A DNA stretch of 64,000 nt from Candidatus Heimdallarchaeota archaeon. Lineage in GTDB: Archaea > Asgardarchaeota > Heimdallarchaeia > Heimdallarchaeales > Heimdallarchaeaceae. The position numbers were made by a program, and so were the translations under genes. Every line of letters starts with the position of its first letter. Position 1 is the stretch's first letter. Shown here one piece after another: positions 48,530 to 58,062 of this stretch. The DNA is taken from contig JABCTC010000009.1 of the NCBI GenBank assembly GCA_018238545.1, forward strand, positions 1 through 64,000, in the 5' to 3' direction. The notes beneath the pieces are model-generated. The model had not been told where the DNA came from and made no database searches. It worked only from the letters and a program-made list of their open reading frames with translations.

Positions 48530-50323
48530 ATGAGTGATATAATTATTCCTCCAATTGGAAAAGGTCCTACTCGAAAAGAAAAAACTAAGCTTCAAGAAAT
48601 CAGAAAGAAAGATGATTCTGAAGAAGAGAATTTCTACGCTCTTGAAGTTAAAGATTTCGAGAAAGTTGAATATAGACCTTATGATACAAAAGAAGAAAAG
48701 AAAGAAGATTTACCCAAAATGGATTTCTTTGTAGATAAGATCTATATGCAGAGGATAGTAGATGATCCTTCAAAGGTTCTAGTAACAGTTTATGTTGATT
48801 ATGGTTTTCTTAAGCCAAACAAGGTCAATTTATTAGTTGATGTAAATAAGAAACTCCCTTTCAAAAGTAGATTAAAAGGAAGTTGTATGATTCATCTCTT
48901 TAACGATGATTTATGTGAAATTGCTGAAATTCCAATGAAACATTCATCTGAATTTCAATATCATCCTGTAGCTTCAGCACCTGAATTATTCTTAGGATTG
49001 ATTGAAAACTTAGAGGAAAAAAAGAGTTACTATTATAGGATAGAGTGTTTTGATGAAAATAATAAACTCATAGGAGTTTCAAGAATTAAGCAATTCGTTG
49101 GCAGCGTTAAGAACGTAAAATCTCCTACTTTCTACGTTTCTGTTTCAGACATACATGCTGGTAACAAAGCCAAATTCAAGAGAGGAAGAGTTAGAGGATG
49201 TAAACCCAAACCTACTGAAAAACTTGACCTGCTTATGAGTCACATACATCTAAATGAACTAGATTATACATTTGATAAAGGGTATCAAGCTTTTACAACC
49301 AGTGGAGATAATGTTGAAAATGGTTCGTATCACGAATATTGGGCGGATCTTTTTGCATGTGGGAGTGTTAATTTTGCAAGAATACCCTTTTTCCCAACTT
49401 TAGGAAATCATGGGTATTTTAATGGAGGAATGGGTAGAGGATCGTGGTTTGGCACTAAAACACCAACTCAAAAACATTTTCACATGTTTGTTCAAACACC
49501 TAAAAAACAAGGTGGAGCTTACTATTCTCATGTTGAAGGCAATGTATTGATGATTCATTTAGATTCTGTTGGTCTTAGGTGGGGGAATGAACGAATAGAT
49601 TGTGAAAGCAGGCAATGGAAGTGGTTGTACTCTGTTCTTAAAGAATGGAGGGATAAACGAGCAGTAGGTAAAGGACCACAATTCTGTATTGTCCATCTTC
49701 ATTCAGCAATTTTCTCACTTGGTATGTATGGAATAACAAAAAATAACTCTGATGATTTTGCTCAAAAAACTTTAACGCCACTATTTGATGCGTTTGGAGT
49801 AAACGCGGTTATTTTTGGCCATGATCATGTATACCAACGTTCGCAATTCAAAAAAATTACTTACATATGTATAGGAGTTTCAAGTAAAGGTACTAGAAAT
49901 CTATTCGAGAGTGAAATTGATGATGCAAAATATGATATAGAATGTTGGAACGAAGGGGATAAAGCTAGAGGATACGCAGTTACCTATGTTCCTCCAAACA
50001 TGAATTTAATGTCAAGTAGTGAAAAACAAGAATTCGAATCATGGTTAGGAGGAATTAAACAAACCATTCTTGATGGAGATTTACTAAAATATTGTACTTT
50101 TGAACAAGGTATTGATTCTCCTATATACAAGGAACTTATGTCTAATAAAATAAAGAAACTTGAATTTATTCAGAAAGAAATCATTGATAAAATGAAAACT
50201 CAAATATGGTTTAGATTCTATAACGTAAAAGGTGTTTTGAATGATCAAACTTTCTTAAATCCTATTTCTTTAGCCAAAGAAGTTACAGAACCTCCTAAAT
50301 GTCCCAATGAAATTGTTAGATAA
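48530..50323 (+). CDS. Calcineurin-like metallophosphoesterase with FN3-like N-domain
   Basis: SDIH, SGDNV, GNH, GHDH; LENL...YYYRI-like segment. Confidence 0.8.
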   Translation: MSDIIIPPIGKGPTRKEKTKLQEIRKKDDSEEENFYALEVKDFEKVEYRPYDTKEEKKEDLPKMDFFVDKIYMQRIVDDPSKVLVTVYVDYGFLKPNKVNLLVDVNKKLPFKSRLKGSCMIHLFNDDLCEIAEIPMKHSSEFQYHPVASAPELFLGLIENLEEKKSYYYRIECFDENNKLIGVSRIKQFVGSVKNVKSPTFYVSVSDIHAGNKAKFKRGRVRGCKPKPTEKLDLLMSHIHLNELDYTFDKGYQAFTTSGDNVENGSYHEYWADLFACGSVNFARIPFFPTLGNHGYFNGGMGRGSWFGTKTPTQKHFHMFVQTPKKQGGAYYSHVEGNVLMIHLDSVGLRWGNERIDCESRQWKWLYSVLKEWRDKRAVGKGPQFCIVHLHSAIFSLGMYGITKNNSDDFAQKTLTPLFDAFGVNAVIFGHDHVYQRSQFKKITYICIGVSSKGTRNLFESEIDDAKYDIECWNEGDKARGYAVTYVPPNMNLMSSSEKQEFESWLGGIKQTILDGDLLKYCTFEQGIDSPIYKELMSNKIKKLEFIQKEIIDKMKTQIWFRFYNVKGVLNDQTFLNPISLAKEVTEPPKCPNEIVR

Positions 50324-50406
50324 CTAACTTTTTCTTCTTCATTTTATTTTTGATAAAAATAGTAAAAAAATGGAATAAAAAAAAAAGAAAAAAAAGAGAG
50401 GGGGGA

Positions 50407-51786
50407 TTATTTTGCTGGTTTTAAAGATGCACCACATTTGATACAGAAGAGGGAATCAGGAGGGTTGTCAGCATCACAGAAGGGGCATTTGATTTCTTTA
50501 GAAGAAACAACAATGTCCTCCTTTTTCTCCTCTTTTTTGTCTACTTCAGCTACTAACTGCTGGTGTATAGTTTCAGCAGCTGGGGATAGTTTTTCTTTTT
50601 TAGAGGGGTCAACTTTTGTGACATCGAATACTATACCGTTTTCAGTATCAAAACCTATTGGAGCTAATCCTAAACGAATAATTTTCCATGTGTTCATCCT
50701 TAGTAAGTCACTTGAGGTATTCAATATTCTAGCAGCATCACGGAGGTATATAGCCTGATAACTTTCAACTGTTCGAATCAGCTTTTCAGTTGTATTTTTG
50801 TTAGCAAAGAATACAATTGATGCTATACCTAGTAGGGTAACTGGCATAACTACAATAAGGAACCAGGAAGTTGTTACAATACCTAGAACGAAGAAGAATA
50901 TAGCTATTAGTCCTAATACTCTTTCAGGTATGCTAGTGTAATCCCAAAATCTGTTGATCTTATTGAGGATGTCACTTTTGTTATCGTATCGTTTAGTCTG
51001 ACCTGCAACAATATAATTACCAATCGCATGTTCAGCAGGAATTTTAGCCCTTGGAGCAGTACGCGGTGTAGGAGTAGCAGATTTTGCTACAGCAGCAGGT
51101 GTGGCTCTGGAGGTAGTTTTTGCAATGGAGGAAGTTGGTTGAACAGCTGTTACATATTGATAATCATATCTGTCTTTCTTACTCTCATAGCTATCGCGTT
51201 TCTTTGAACTAGAACCGTTTGAATAGTATTTACCTGCACCAGTGATGGGCCAAATTATTAAATACTTGATGAAATAACCAACTGTATTTAAAACCAGTAT
51301 TACCATAAAGAATGCGAATATGACTGCTAGGATACTACCAGCAATAATTAATCCTATTGGTGCTGAAGCAAAGTGAGATGTATAGTATAAAGCAGAAGTA
51401 CCGTCATTTATAATATATACATAGTGATCCCCTGAGCGAGGTAGTAATCTATACATATCCTCACTAGTAGAACTAATTTCTATACCAGTTGGAATACTAT
51501 CATTGGTATTTTGCCATATTAAATAATCATCATCGGTCATCACGTATACCCTAAAATCAGAAGTATCGCCTGAAATCCAATAAACAAGAAATATCCTGTT
51601 GTATCCATATGCATCTAACATCATTGTTTGATTAGAACCTGCATCGACTGTAGTGTCTTGACTGGAATATGATCCGCCAGTTGAGACTGCTATACCAGTT
51701 AAAATCCCTAATGGAATTCCTGATAATAGAATGAAGACTATTGAAACTATCGCCAGACCATTCAGATATTTTACGCCTTTTGACAT
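50407..51786 (-). CDS. Multidomain membrane protein (TM, extracellular beta domain, TM, low-complexity linker, 2 TM, wHTH/PCI-like, zinc ribbon)
   Basis: Hydrophobic segments; VYVMTDDDY...HYVYIIN; A/T/P-rich linker; CPFC...CIKC; GGTGA upstream. Confidence 0.75.
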   Translation of the reverse strand: MSKGVKYLNGLAIVSIVFILLSGIPLGILTGIAVSTGGSYSSQDTTVDAGSNQTMMLDAYGYNRIFLVYWISGDTSDFRVYVMTDDDYLIWQNTNDSIPTGIEISSTSEDMYRLLPRSGDHYVYIINDGTSALYYTSHFASAPIGLIIAGSILAVIFAFFMVILVLNTVGYFIKYLIIWPITGAGKYYSNGSSSKKRDSYESKKDRYDYQYVTAVQPTSSIAKTTSRATPAAVAKSATPTPRTAPRAKIPAEHAIGNYIVAGQTKRYDNKSDILNKINRFWDYTSIPERVLGLIAIFFFVLGIVTTSWFLIVVMPVTLLGIASIVFFANKNTTEKLIRTVESYQAIYLRDAARILNTSSDLLRMNTWKIIRLGLAPIGFDTENGIVFDVTKVDPSKKEKLSPAAETIHQQLVAEVDKKEEKKEDIVVSSKEIKCPFCDADNPPDSLFCIKCGASLKPAK

Positions 51787-51816
51787 TTTTTTTCACCGTT
51801 TGTTTAACTTTTTTAA

Positions 51817-51859
51817 TACCACCACAGTGGTAACTTGACTATTTACTACTGGAGTGGTA
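51817..51859. promoter_or_regulatory. Two palindromic operator-like sites TAC(C/T)AC-N4-GTGGTA
   Basis: TACCAC-CACA-GTGGTA 51817-51832 (perfect arms) and TACTAC-TGGA-GTGGTA 51844-51859, between divergent genes, next to TTTATAAA 51863-51870. Confidence 0.75.
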
Positions 51860-51896
51860 ACCTTTATAAATGTTGTCTTTCCAAGTATTATTAACG

Positions 51897-52883
51897 ATGA
51901 GTAAGACTCCACATATACTTGATAAGTTAAAATTAATAGGATTTACAGAATATACATCAAGAGCATATTTAGCATTAGTAAAACTTGGTGAAGCAACTGC
52001 GCCAGATATTGCTAGGGAATCTAATATACCTCAATCTAAAATTTATGGAGTTCTAGATGACTTATACGATAAAGGTTTTGTAGGTAAAGCAGGAAGCAAA
52101 GATAAGAAAAAAGATCAAAGCAAGAAAAAGACTACTTCCCCCACAATTTACTTTGCCCATCAACCTCTGGAAAAGCTTTCTTCTTGGTTAGATCAATTCA
52201 AAGACTTAGCTAAATCTTTAGAAAAGATGTATGACTCAGCTGGTCCTAGCTCAGAGTATGGCTATTCTTCAATTGGGAATTATTCTATCAAAAGTGATTC
52301 AGATAAGTTTGAAGCTGGTGACTTCATCTATATTTTTGAACAACCTGGTGACGAAGATACGAATCTGTATACTAGATTTTTCAAAGGACGAATAAATAAT
52401 CATATCATTGTAGGTGGGGAAGATAATATTGTGCTAGGTATAACCAATAGAAATACTATTCTTCTAATTGAAAAAGAATCCAGGGTGCAATATTTGGCAA
52501 TTGAAGAACCGATATTCTCACGAATAATTGATGTTCTTTTCGCAATTACACCAATTAATAGATCTATTACAACTGATATGTCAGAATTATCCAGAGAAGA
52601 GAAGATATTATACATAGATAATGTTCCTTCTGCTTCTGGAGTTGCATATGGTAACGATGGTATTTTGTGGATAACAGAGGAAAGAATCTTTGTTCAAATG
52701 CCTGGTAAGCAGATTTATGCTAGACCAATTTTCACGATAGATTCCTATTATGTAAATGCAAATAACCTCTTAACAATTATTATTAAAAGCAAAGATGGAA
52801 TTGCAGAAGAAAACGAGTTTAGCACTTCATCAGATCCAGCTATTATTGTTAATATATTAGACTTCATTAAACGATGTAAATAA
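51897..52883 (+). CDS. TrmB-family transcriptional regulator with atypical C-terminal domain
   Basis: LK.IGFTEY..RAYLAL..LGEATA.DIA.ES.IP.SKIY.VL..L..KGFV; likely start ATG 51897. Confidence 0.88.
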   Translation: MSKTPHILDKLKLIGFTEYTSRAYLALVKLGEATAPDIARESNIPQSKIYGVLDDLYDKGFVGKAGSKDKKKDQSKKKTTSPTIYFAHQPLEKLSSWLDQFKDLAKSLEKMYDSAGPSSEYGYSSIGNYSIKSDSDKFEAGDFIYIFEQPGDEDTNLYTRFFKGRINNHIIVGGEDNIVLGITNRNTILLIEKESRVQYLAIEEPIFSRIIDVLFAITPINRSITTDMSELSREEKILYIDNVPSASGVAYGNDGILWITEERIFVQMPGKQIYARPIFTIDSYYVNANNLLTIIIKSKDGIAEENEFSTSSDPAIIVNILDFIKRCK

Positions 52884-52909
52884 AGAAAAAATAAAGAAAA
52901 AAGTGAAAA

Positions 52910-53800
52910 TTATTTTTCTCCCCAAATTTTTACTTTTGGTTCCGGTCTAGGTACATATCTCTTGAATTTATTCTTTGGATAACCTATAGCTAAACAAGCG
53001 TATAAACCATGTTCGCTGGGAAGATTTAGCATTTCTTTAATCTTATTGGAACGTTTCCAACTATGAACTAGATAGCCTATGAACGTGCCCCCTAAGCCTA
53101 AACTTGGTGCTCCAAGCAATATATTCTGAGCAGCAATATTACAATCTTCTACAGGTGCAGCAGTTCTATTTGTAACATGAATTAGAATCAAAGTTGACGC
53201 ATTATGAAAAACTTTGTCAATCCCTTTATCCCAATGATTAACATGACTATTAATTCTATACATATTCTTTTTAGCTTGATTGAAGGATTTTCTTTTACCA
53301 GTAAGTGCTGCTAAAATATTCCATAAAGGACTACTAACTTTCTTTTGTAATTCCTTAAAGAACAAAATCATTTCATTTAATATGTCTTCAATTTGTTCTC
53401 GTTCTTTAACAATAGTATAAGCTACTTTTCGAGCATTATGCCCTGTAGGCGCAAACCTACCAAGTTCTATTAACTTACCAATCTGTTCGTCAGAAACCTT
53501 TTTTTTGGTAAAATATCTGATTGAACGCCTCTGTCTGATAAAGACTAATGCATCATCATAATTAATTCCTTCTTCCACTTTCGGAAAATCTTTCTCTAGT
53601 GATTCTATAATGAGTCTTTTATGATTTATAGCATCAACGGGACATACGGCTACACAATGTCCACAGTCATGACAAGGTTCAAAATTCGTTATTACAGCTT
53701 TCTTATCTTTGAGTGAGAAAAGGTAACGTGGACAAACTTCAACACAACTATTGCACCCAATACAATTATCTAATACTTCTATGAAAGCTTCAGTTGACAT
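52910..53800 (-). CDS. Nitroreductase with N-terminal 2x[4Fe-4S] ferredoxin domain
   Basis: CIGCNSCVEVCP, CHDCGHCVAVCP, RRSIR, APTGHN, IGYP. Confidence 0.9.
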   Translation of the reverse strand: MSTEAFIEVLDNCIGCNSCVEVCPRYLFSLKDKKAVITNFEPCHDCGHCVAVCPVDAINHKRLIIESLEKDFPKVEEGINYDDALVFIRQRRSIRYFTKKKVSDEQIGKLIELGRFAPTGHNARKVAYTIVKEREQIEDILNEMILFFKELQKKVSSPLWNILAALTGKRKSFNQAKKNMYRINSHVNHWDKGIDKVFHNASTLILIHVTNRTAAPVEDCNIAAQNILLGAPSLGLGGTFIGYLVHSWKRSNKIKEMLNLPSEHGLYACLAIGYPKNKFKRYVPRPEPKVKIWGEK

Positions 53801-53848
53801 TAGAGAAATAATTTACTAGTACTAAAAAAAGATTGTCTGTTATTTAGT

Positions 53849-54859
53849 TTAGTTTGGTATGGTTTCTAATTTTGATAATGGTACTGGAACTGGATCAGGA
53901 TAAATCATGTCTTGAAATATCTTCTCTTGATTCATAAGAGGGGTATACCCCAAACCTTTCAATTTATCCATGTTCATTGTGCATTCTTTCCCTATAAGTT
54001 GTGCATACTCTCTATTGAATACTGGGTCCTTTCGCGGAGTAACTATGTGTGTGAGCATCTCAAGCAACCATGCTCCGAAGTATACTATTGGATAAGGCAC
54101 GTAATATTTGAATCTGTTTTTCCCTTTCAAATGCATCTCAATATCTATTATCAATTCCTTCAAAGAAATATCACAAGATATCGCATTAAATGACTCAATT
54201 TTTGACATGTTTGTATTGAGTATTGATTCAAGTGCTCGTCCAATATCGTATGGGTGAATAATCGAAAAATTGTGATTAGGGTTTCCCATAATCGGAAAAA
54301 TATTGGCATTTACAAGTTTTCCAACTATCGGATAGAAATGTCTATCATCTTTACCAAGAACAACAGGTAAACGAACAATTCCTCCTTTTATCCCTACATC
54401 TTCTGATAATGTCTTAACTATGTTTTCAGCTTCAACTTTTGATTGAGCATAGTTCCCTAGTGGTTTAATTCTATGTTCTTCACTAATTGGGGTTTCTTCG
54501 ATTTTTCCGTATACTGCTATTGAACTAGTGAAAAGAAATGATTTTACACCTGATTCTATTGCAGCTTCTAGAACGTTTTGAGTCCCTTCGACATTGATTT
54601 TGTGAAATAACTCTTTTTTTGTGTGAGGATGAACGGCTCCAGCTAAGTGCCAGACTGATTCAAATTGACTTTCTTTGAACAATTTTGTAAGAGCATCTTT
54701 GTTTGTTATGTCTCCTACGATATACTCAACATCAGTAAAAGGATCCTCCGGTATTTTCCTTACCAATCCGGATAAATCTGTATAACCATGACTAAGAAGA
54801 TAGTGTAAAATGCCTTTAGCAGAACATCCCGTTGCTCCTGTAACTAATATCTTAGTCAT
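53849..54859 (-). CDS. NAD-dependent epimerase/3-beta-HSD-like extended SDR
   Basis: ILVTGATG, HLAG, TSSIAVYG, YAQSK. Confidence 0.88.
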   Translation of the reverse strand: MTKILVTGATGCSAKGILHYLLSHGYTDLSGLVRKIPEDPFTDVEYIVGDITNKDALTKLFKESQFESVWHLAGAVHPHTKKELFHKINVEGTQNVLEAAIESGVKSFLFTSSIAVYGKIEETPISEEHRIKPLGNYAQSKVEAENIVKTLSEDVGIKGGIVRLPVVLGKDDRHFYPIVGKLVNANIFPIMGNPNHNFSIIHPYDIGRALESILNTNMSKIESFNAISCDISLKELIIDIEMHLKGKNRFKYYVPYPIVYFGAWLLEMLTHIVTPRKDPVFNREYAQLIGKECTMNMDKLKGLGYTPLMNQEKIFQDMIYPDPVPVPLSKLETIPN

Positions 54860-55091
54860 ACGGAATATATCAAAACTAACTCATTCAAAAATATTATCCT
54901 TTATTATTAAGAATCATGATAAAAACTCGTTTTCTGAAATATTTTTAATAATGAATAGGTTAAAATTATAAGTTGATTGATATTCAAATAAGCACTTTGT
55001 CGTTTATATAGATATGGTCAGACAGTTAGATTTTAAACAGTCGTCCAAACATTCTCCAAGAAATTAGAGTATATTCAAGGTGTAAGATTTA

Positions 55092-56804
55092 ATGGTAAAA
55101 AAAGTATTAATTATTGGTGGTGTAGCAGGTGGTGCGTCTACAGCTACTAGACTGAGAAGATTAGATGAATTTGCGGAGATAATCATCTTAGAACGAGGAC
55201 CTTATGTCAGTTTTGCTAATTGTGGTCTTCCTTATTACATTGGAAGAATTATTGAGACACAAGATGCCTTAGTTCTTCAAACCCCTGTAGATTTTCTTAA
55301 CAAATTTAATGTTGATGTCAGGGTTAGTTGTGAGGCGATATCTATAGATCGCAAAAACAAAGAAGTTCTAGTAAGGAATCTTATAGAGGGAGAAGAATAC
55401 AAACTTCCCTATGACAAACTAGTTCTTTCTCCAGGGGCAGAACCAATCCGTCCAGGATTTGAAGGGATAGATTCAATACCTGTTTTTACTTTAAGGAATA
55501 TTCCTGATACAAAGAAAATCGAGGAATTTATCAGCACCAATAATCCAACATCAGCCGTAGTAATAGGCGGAGGGTATATTGGTTTAGAAATGGCTGAAAA
55601 TCTATCTCATAGAGGAATAAGGGTAACAATTGTAGAGCTATTAGATCAGGTTCTACCCACTTTTGATAAAGAAATGGCTCAGTTTATAAACAATGAAATT
55701 ATACTCAACAGGATTAAGCTTGTATTAGCTGATGGCGTTAAATCTTTCTGCAAGAATCCTAAAGGAGAGAAAGGTGTTTATCATGTTTGTACACAAAGTG
55801 GTAAAAATCTTGAAGCAGATATAATTATAATGTCTATAGGTGTCAGACCAGAGTCTATTCTAGCAAAAGAAGCAGGTTTAGAGTTAACAGATAGAGGTTT
55901 CATAGTTGTAGATAAACACATGCAAACTTCTGATAAAGACATTTATGCAGTTGGAGACGTAATTCAAATAACCAATTTTATTACAAATGAATTAACTACT
56001 GCGCCTCTTGCGGGTCCCGCTAATAGGCAAGGAAGAATAGCTGCTGACAATCTAGCTGGTAGAGATTCAGAATACAAAGGAGTTTTAGGTACAGCAGTTT
56101 TACAAATATTTAGCCAAACAGCTGCTCAAACAGGTCTTACCGAAAAACAACTATCTAAAACAGACATCAAATTTGAAAAGATGTATGTTCATCCAAAAAA
56201 CCATGCAGGATACTACCCAGAAGCTTTTCCAATTCATTTGAAATTACTTTATGAATTGGAGAGTGGAAAAATCCTTGGAGCTCAAGCGATAGGTGGAGAA
56301 GGCACAGAGAAGAGAATAGATGTCATTGCAACAGTTATCTACTACGGTGGAACGATTTATGATCTTCAAGATTTAGAACTTAGTTATGCACCTCCATTTG
56401 GAAGTGCTAGAGATGCAGTAAATATGGTAGGATTCGCTGCTTCAAATGTTCACATGGGTGACGTAAAATTATGGCATTGGCATGATGCAGAGAAGATATC
56501 TAAAGAAGATTGTACTATAATAGATGTTCGTCTACCTGAAGATTATGAAGCTGGTACTCTACCTGGTGCGATCAATATTCCACTAGGACAAATACGTTCA
56601 AGGTTAAATGAGATACCAAAAGACAAACCAGTCTATGTCAATTGTATGGTCGGTTTCTCCTCATATATTGCATACAGAATTCTTCAAGCTAATGGATATG
56701 ATGTTAGAAATCTAGCTGGCGGATATCAAACATATCAAATGGCGAATTTACCACCTGGTGGCCATGTAGGTGAACTAAAACCATACGACCCACAGAGACA
56801 CTAA
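55092..56804 (+). CDS. CoA-disulfide/persulfide reductase with C-terminal rhodanese domain (CoADR-RHD/Npsr-like)
   Basis: GGVAGG, SFANCGLPYY, IGGGYIGLE, HAGYYP, YAPPF, IDVR...GAINIP...C.VG. Confidence 0.92.
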   Translation: MVKKVLIIGGVAGGASTATRLRRLDEFAEIIILERGPYVSFANCGLPYYIGRIIETQDALVLQTPVDFLNKFNVDVRVSCEAISIDRKNKEVLVRNLIEGEEYKLPYDKLVLSPGAEPIRPGFEGIDSIPVFTLRNIPDTKKIEEFISTNNPTSAVVIGGGYIGLEMAENLSHRGIRVTIVELLDQVLPTFDKEMAQFINNEIILNRIKLVLADGVKSFCKNPKGEKGVYHVCTQSGKNLEADIIIMSIGVRPESILAKEAGLELTDRGFIVVDKHMQTSDKDIYAVGDVIQITNFITNELTTAPLAGPANRQGRIAADNLAGRDSEYKGVLGTAVLQIFSQTAAQTGLTEKQLSKTDIKFEKMYVHPKNHAGYYPEAFPIHLKLLYELESGKILGAQAIGGEGTEKRIDVIATVIYYGGTIYDLQDLELSYAPPFGSARDAVNMVGFAASNVHMGDVKLWHWHDAEKISKEDCTIIDVRLPEDYEAGTLPGAINIPLGQIRSRLNEIPKDKPVYVNCMVGFSSYIAYRILQANGYDVRNLAGGYQTYQMANLPPGGHVGELKPYDPQRH

Positions 56805-56836
56805 TTTTTTCCCTTTTCTTCCTTTTCCTCTTTCTA
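56805..56836 (+). terminator. T-rich archaeal-type terminator
   Basis: Pyrimidine/T tract immediately after the stop codon. Confidence 0.5.
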
Positions 56837-56867
56837 TTGATAACCACTAAGAATAATCATACTATGC

Positions 56868-56938
56868 TAATTATTTTAGTTATTCATTATATTTAATAGG
56901 AGTAGCATAATTGTTATAGTTATTCATTATTTTAAATA
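56868..56938. repeat. Imperfect 31-bp direct repeat with 40-bp period upstream of the hydrogenase operon
   Basis: 56868-56898 vs 56908-56938 match at 27/31 positions; core TAGTTATTCATTAT identical. Confidence 0.7.
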
Positions 56939-57018
56939 ATATAGCGTTATATTAATAGTTTTTATTTCCATGTTATCTGCAAATACTTTATATATTCTTC
57001 AATATTTGCAAAATTATA

Positions 57019-58062
57019 ATGAAGACTTACAAAATGGTAAAAAGTGCGTTTCCCGACTTCATTGAGTTAATCAAAACAAAAGGGAAACTGTTTGGACCAG
57101 TTAAACAAAAGAGTAAATACTCTTTTGAAGAAATCAGTGATGTAAAAGATCTTGATTTTGACTACCAACGTACAGTTTTGGGAGTGAAGAAATTCTTAAC
57201 ACCTCCAAAGTACAAAACCTTGACTTTCAATAAAGAAGGTACAAAGGACATTATTGACGAACCTGAAACAAATATTGTAATTGGAGTACATCCTTGTGAC
57301 ATTCATGCAGTTAAAATCTTGGATAGACTTTTCCTGGGTAATATAAAAGATCCTTATTATGCAAGTAGAAGAGAGAATTTGACAATTATCGGTCATTCTT
57401 GTCTTCCAGATGATAAATGTTTGTGCCAATCAACGGGAACAGATATGGTTGAGGATGGATTTGATCTCTTCTTAACAGAGTTAGACGATTACTATCTAGT
57501 TTGGGTAGGTTCTGACAAAGGTCTTGCTCTAACAATAGCAGCAAGTGATCTACTATCTGAAGATATTTCAGATGAAACTATAAGAGAATATGTCAGATGG
57601 CAACAAAAGCGTTCATCAATGTTCAAAACCGTTATGCCTTCATTCAAGTATATGGCGGATATTATAACTTTGAACTATGACAGTGAAATATGGGAACAAT
57701 TTGGTGAAAAATGTTTGTCATGTGGGACTTGTAGTTTAGTTTGTCCGACCTGCAATTGTTTCAATGTTGACGATAAAATTCTAATGAATGCAGAAGAAGG
57801 GTTCCGTGAAAGAATGTTAGATAGCTGCACTTTACCATATTATTCGATGGTAGCTGGAGATCATGACTTCAGACCAGATAGAACAACAAGGTTGAAACTA
57901 TATTATACTCATAAACTCAAGGAATACATTGGACGATGGGGGCAGCCAGGTTGTGTCGGGTGCGGACGATGTGTAACATATTGTCCCGTTGATATCAATG
58001 TACTCACTGTCTCTGAAGCACTTTTTGGAGAAGTATGTGAAACAAAAGAGGTGTGTGAATAA
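57019..58062 (+). CDS. hydB: Group 3b hydrogenase beta subunit (Fe-S)
   Basis: HPCD, CLSCGTCSLVCPTCNC, CVGCGRCVTYCP. Confidence 0.92.
   Translation: MKTYKMVKSAFPDFIELIKTKGKLFGPVKQKSKYSFEEISDVKDLDFDYQRTVLGVKKFLTPPKYKTLTFNKEGTKDIIDEPETNIVIGVHPCDIHAVKILDRLFLGNIKDPYYASRRENLTIIGHSCLPDDKCLCQSTGTDMVEDGFDLFLTELDDYYLVWVGSDKGLALTIAASDLLSEDISDETIREYVRWQQKRSSMFKTVMPSFKYMADIITLNYDSEIWEQFGEKCLSCGTCSLVCPTCNCFNVDDKILMNAEEGFRERMLDSCTLPYYSMVAGDHDFRPDRTTRLKLYYTHKLKEYIGRWGQPGCVGCGRCVTYCPVDINVLTVSEALFGEVCETKEVCE

Noticed and set aside
56868-56938. CRISPR array
   Set aside because: Only two imperfect copies with a 9-bp gap, and no cas genes
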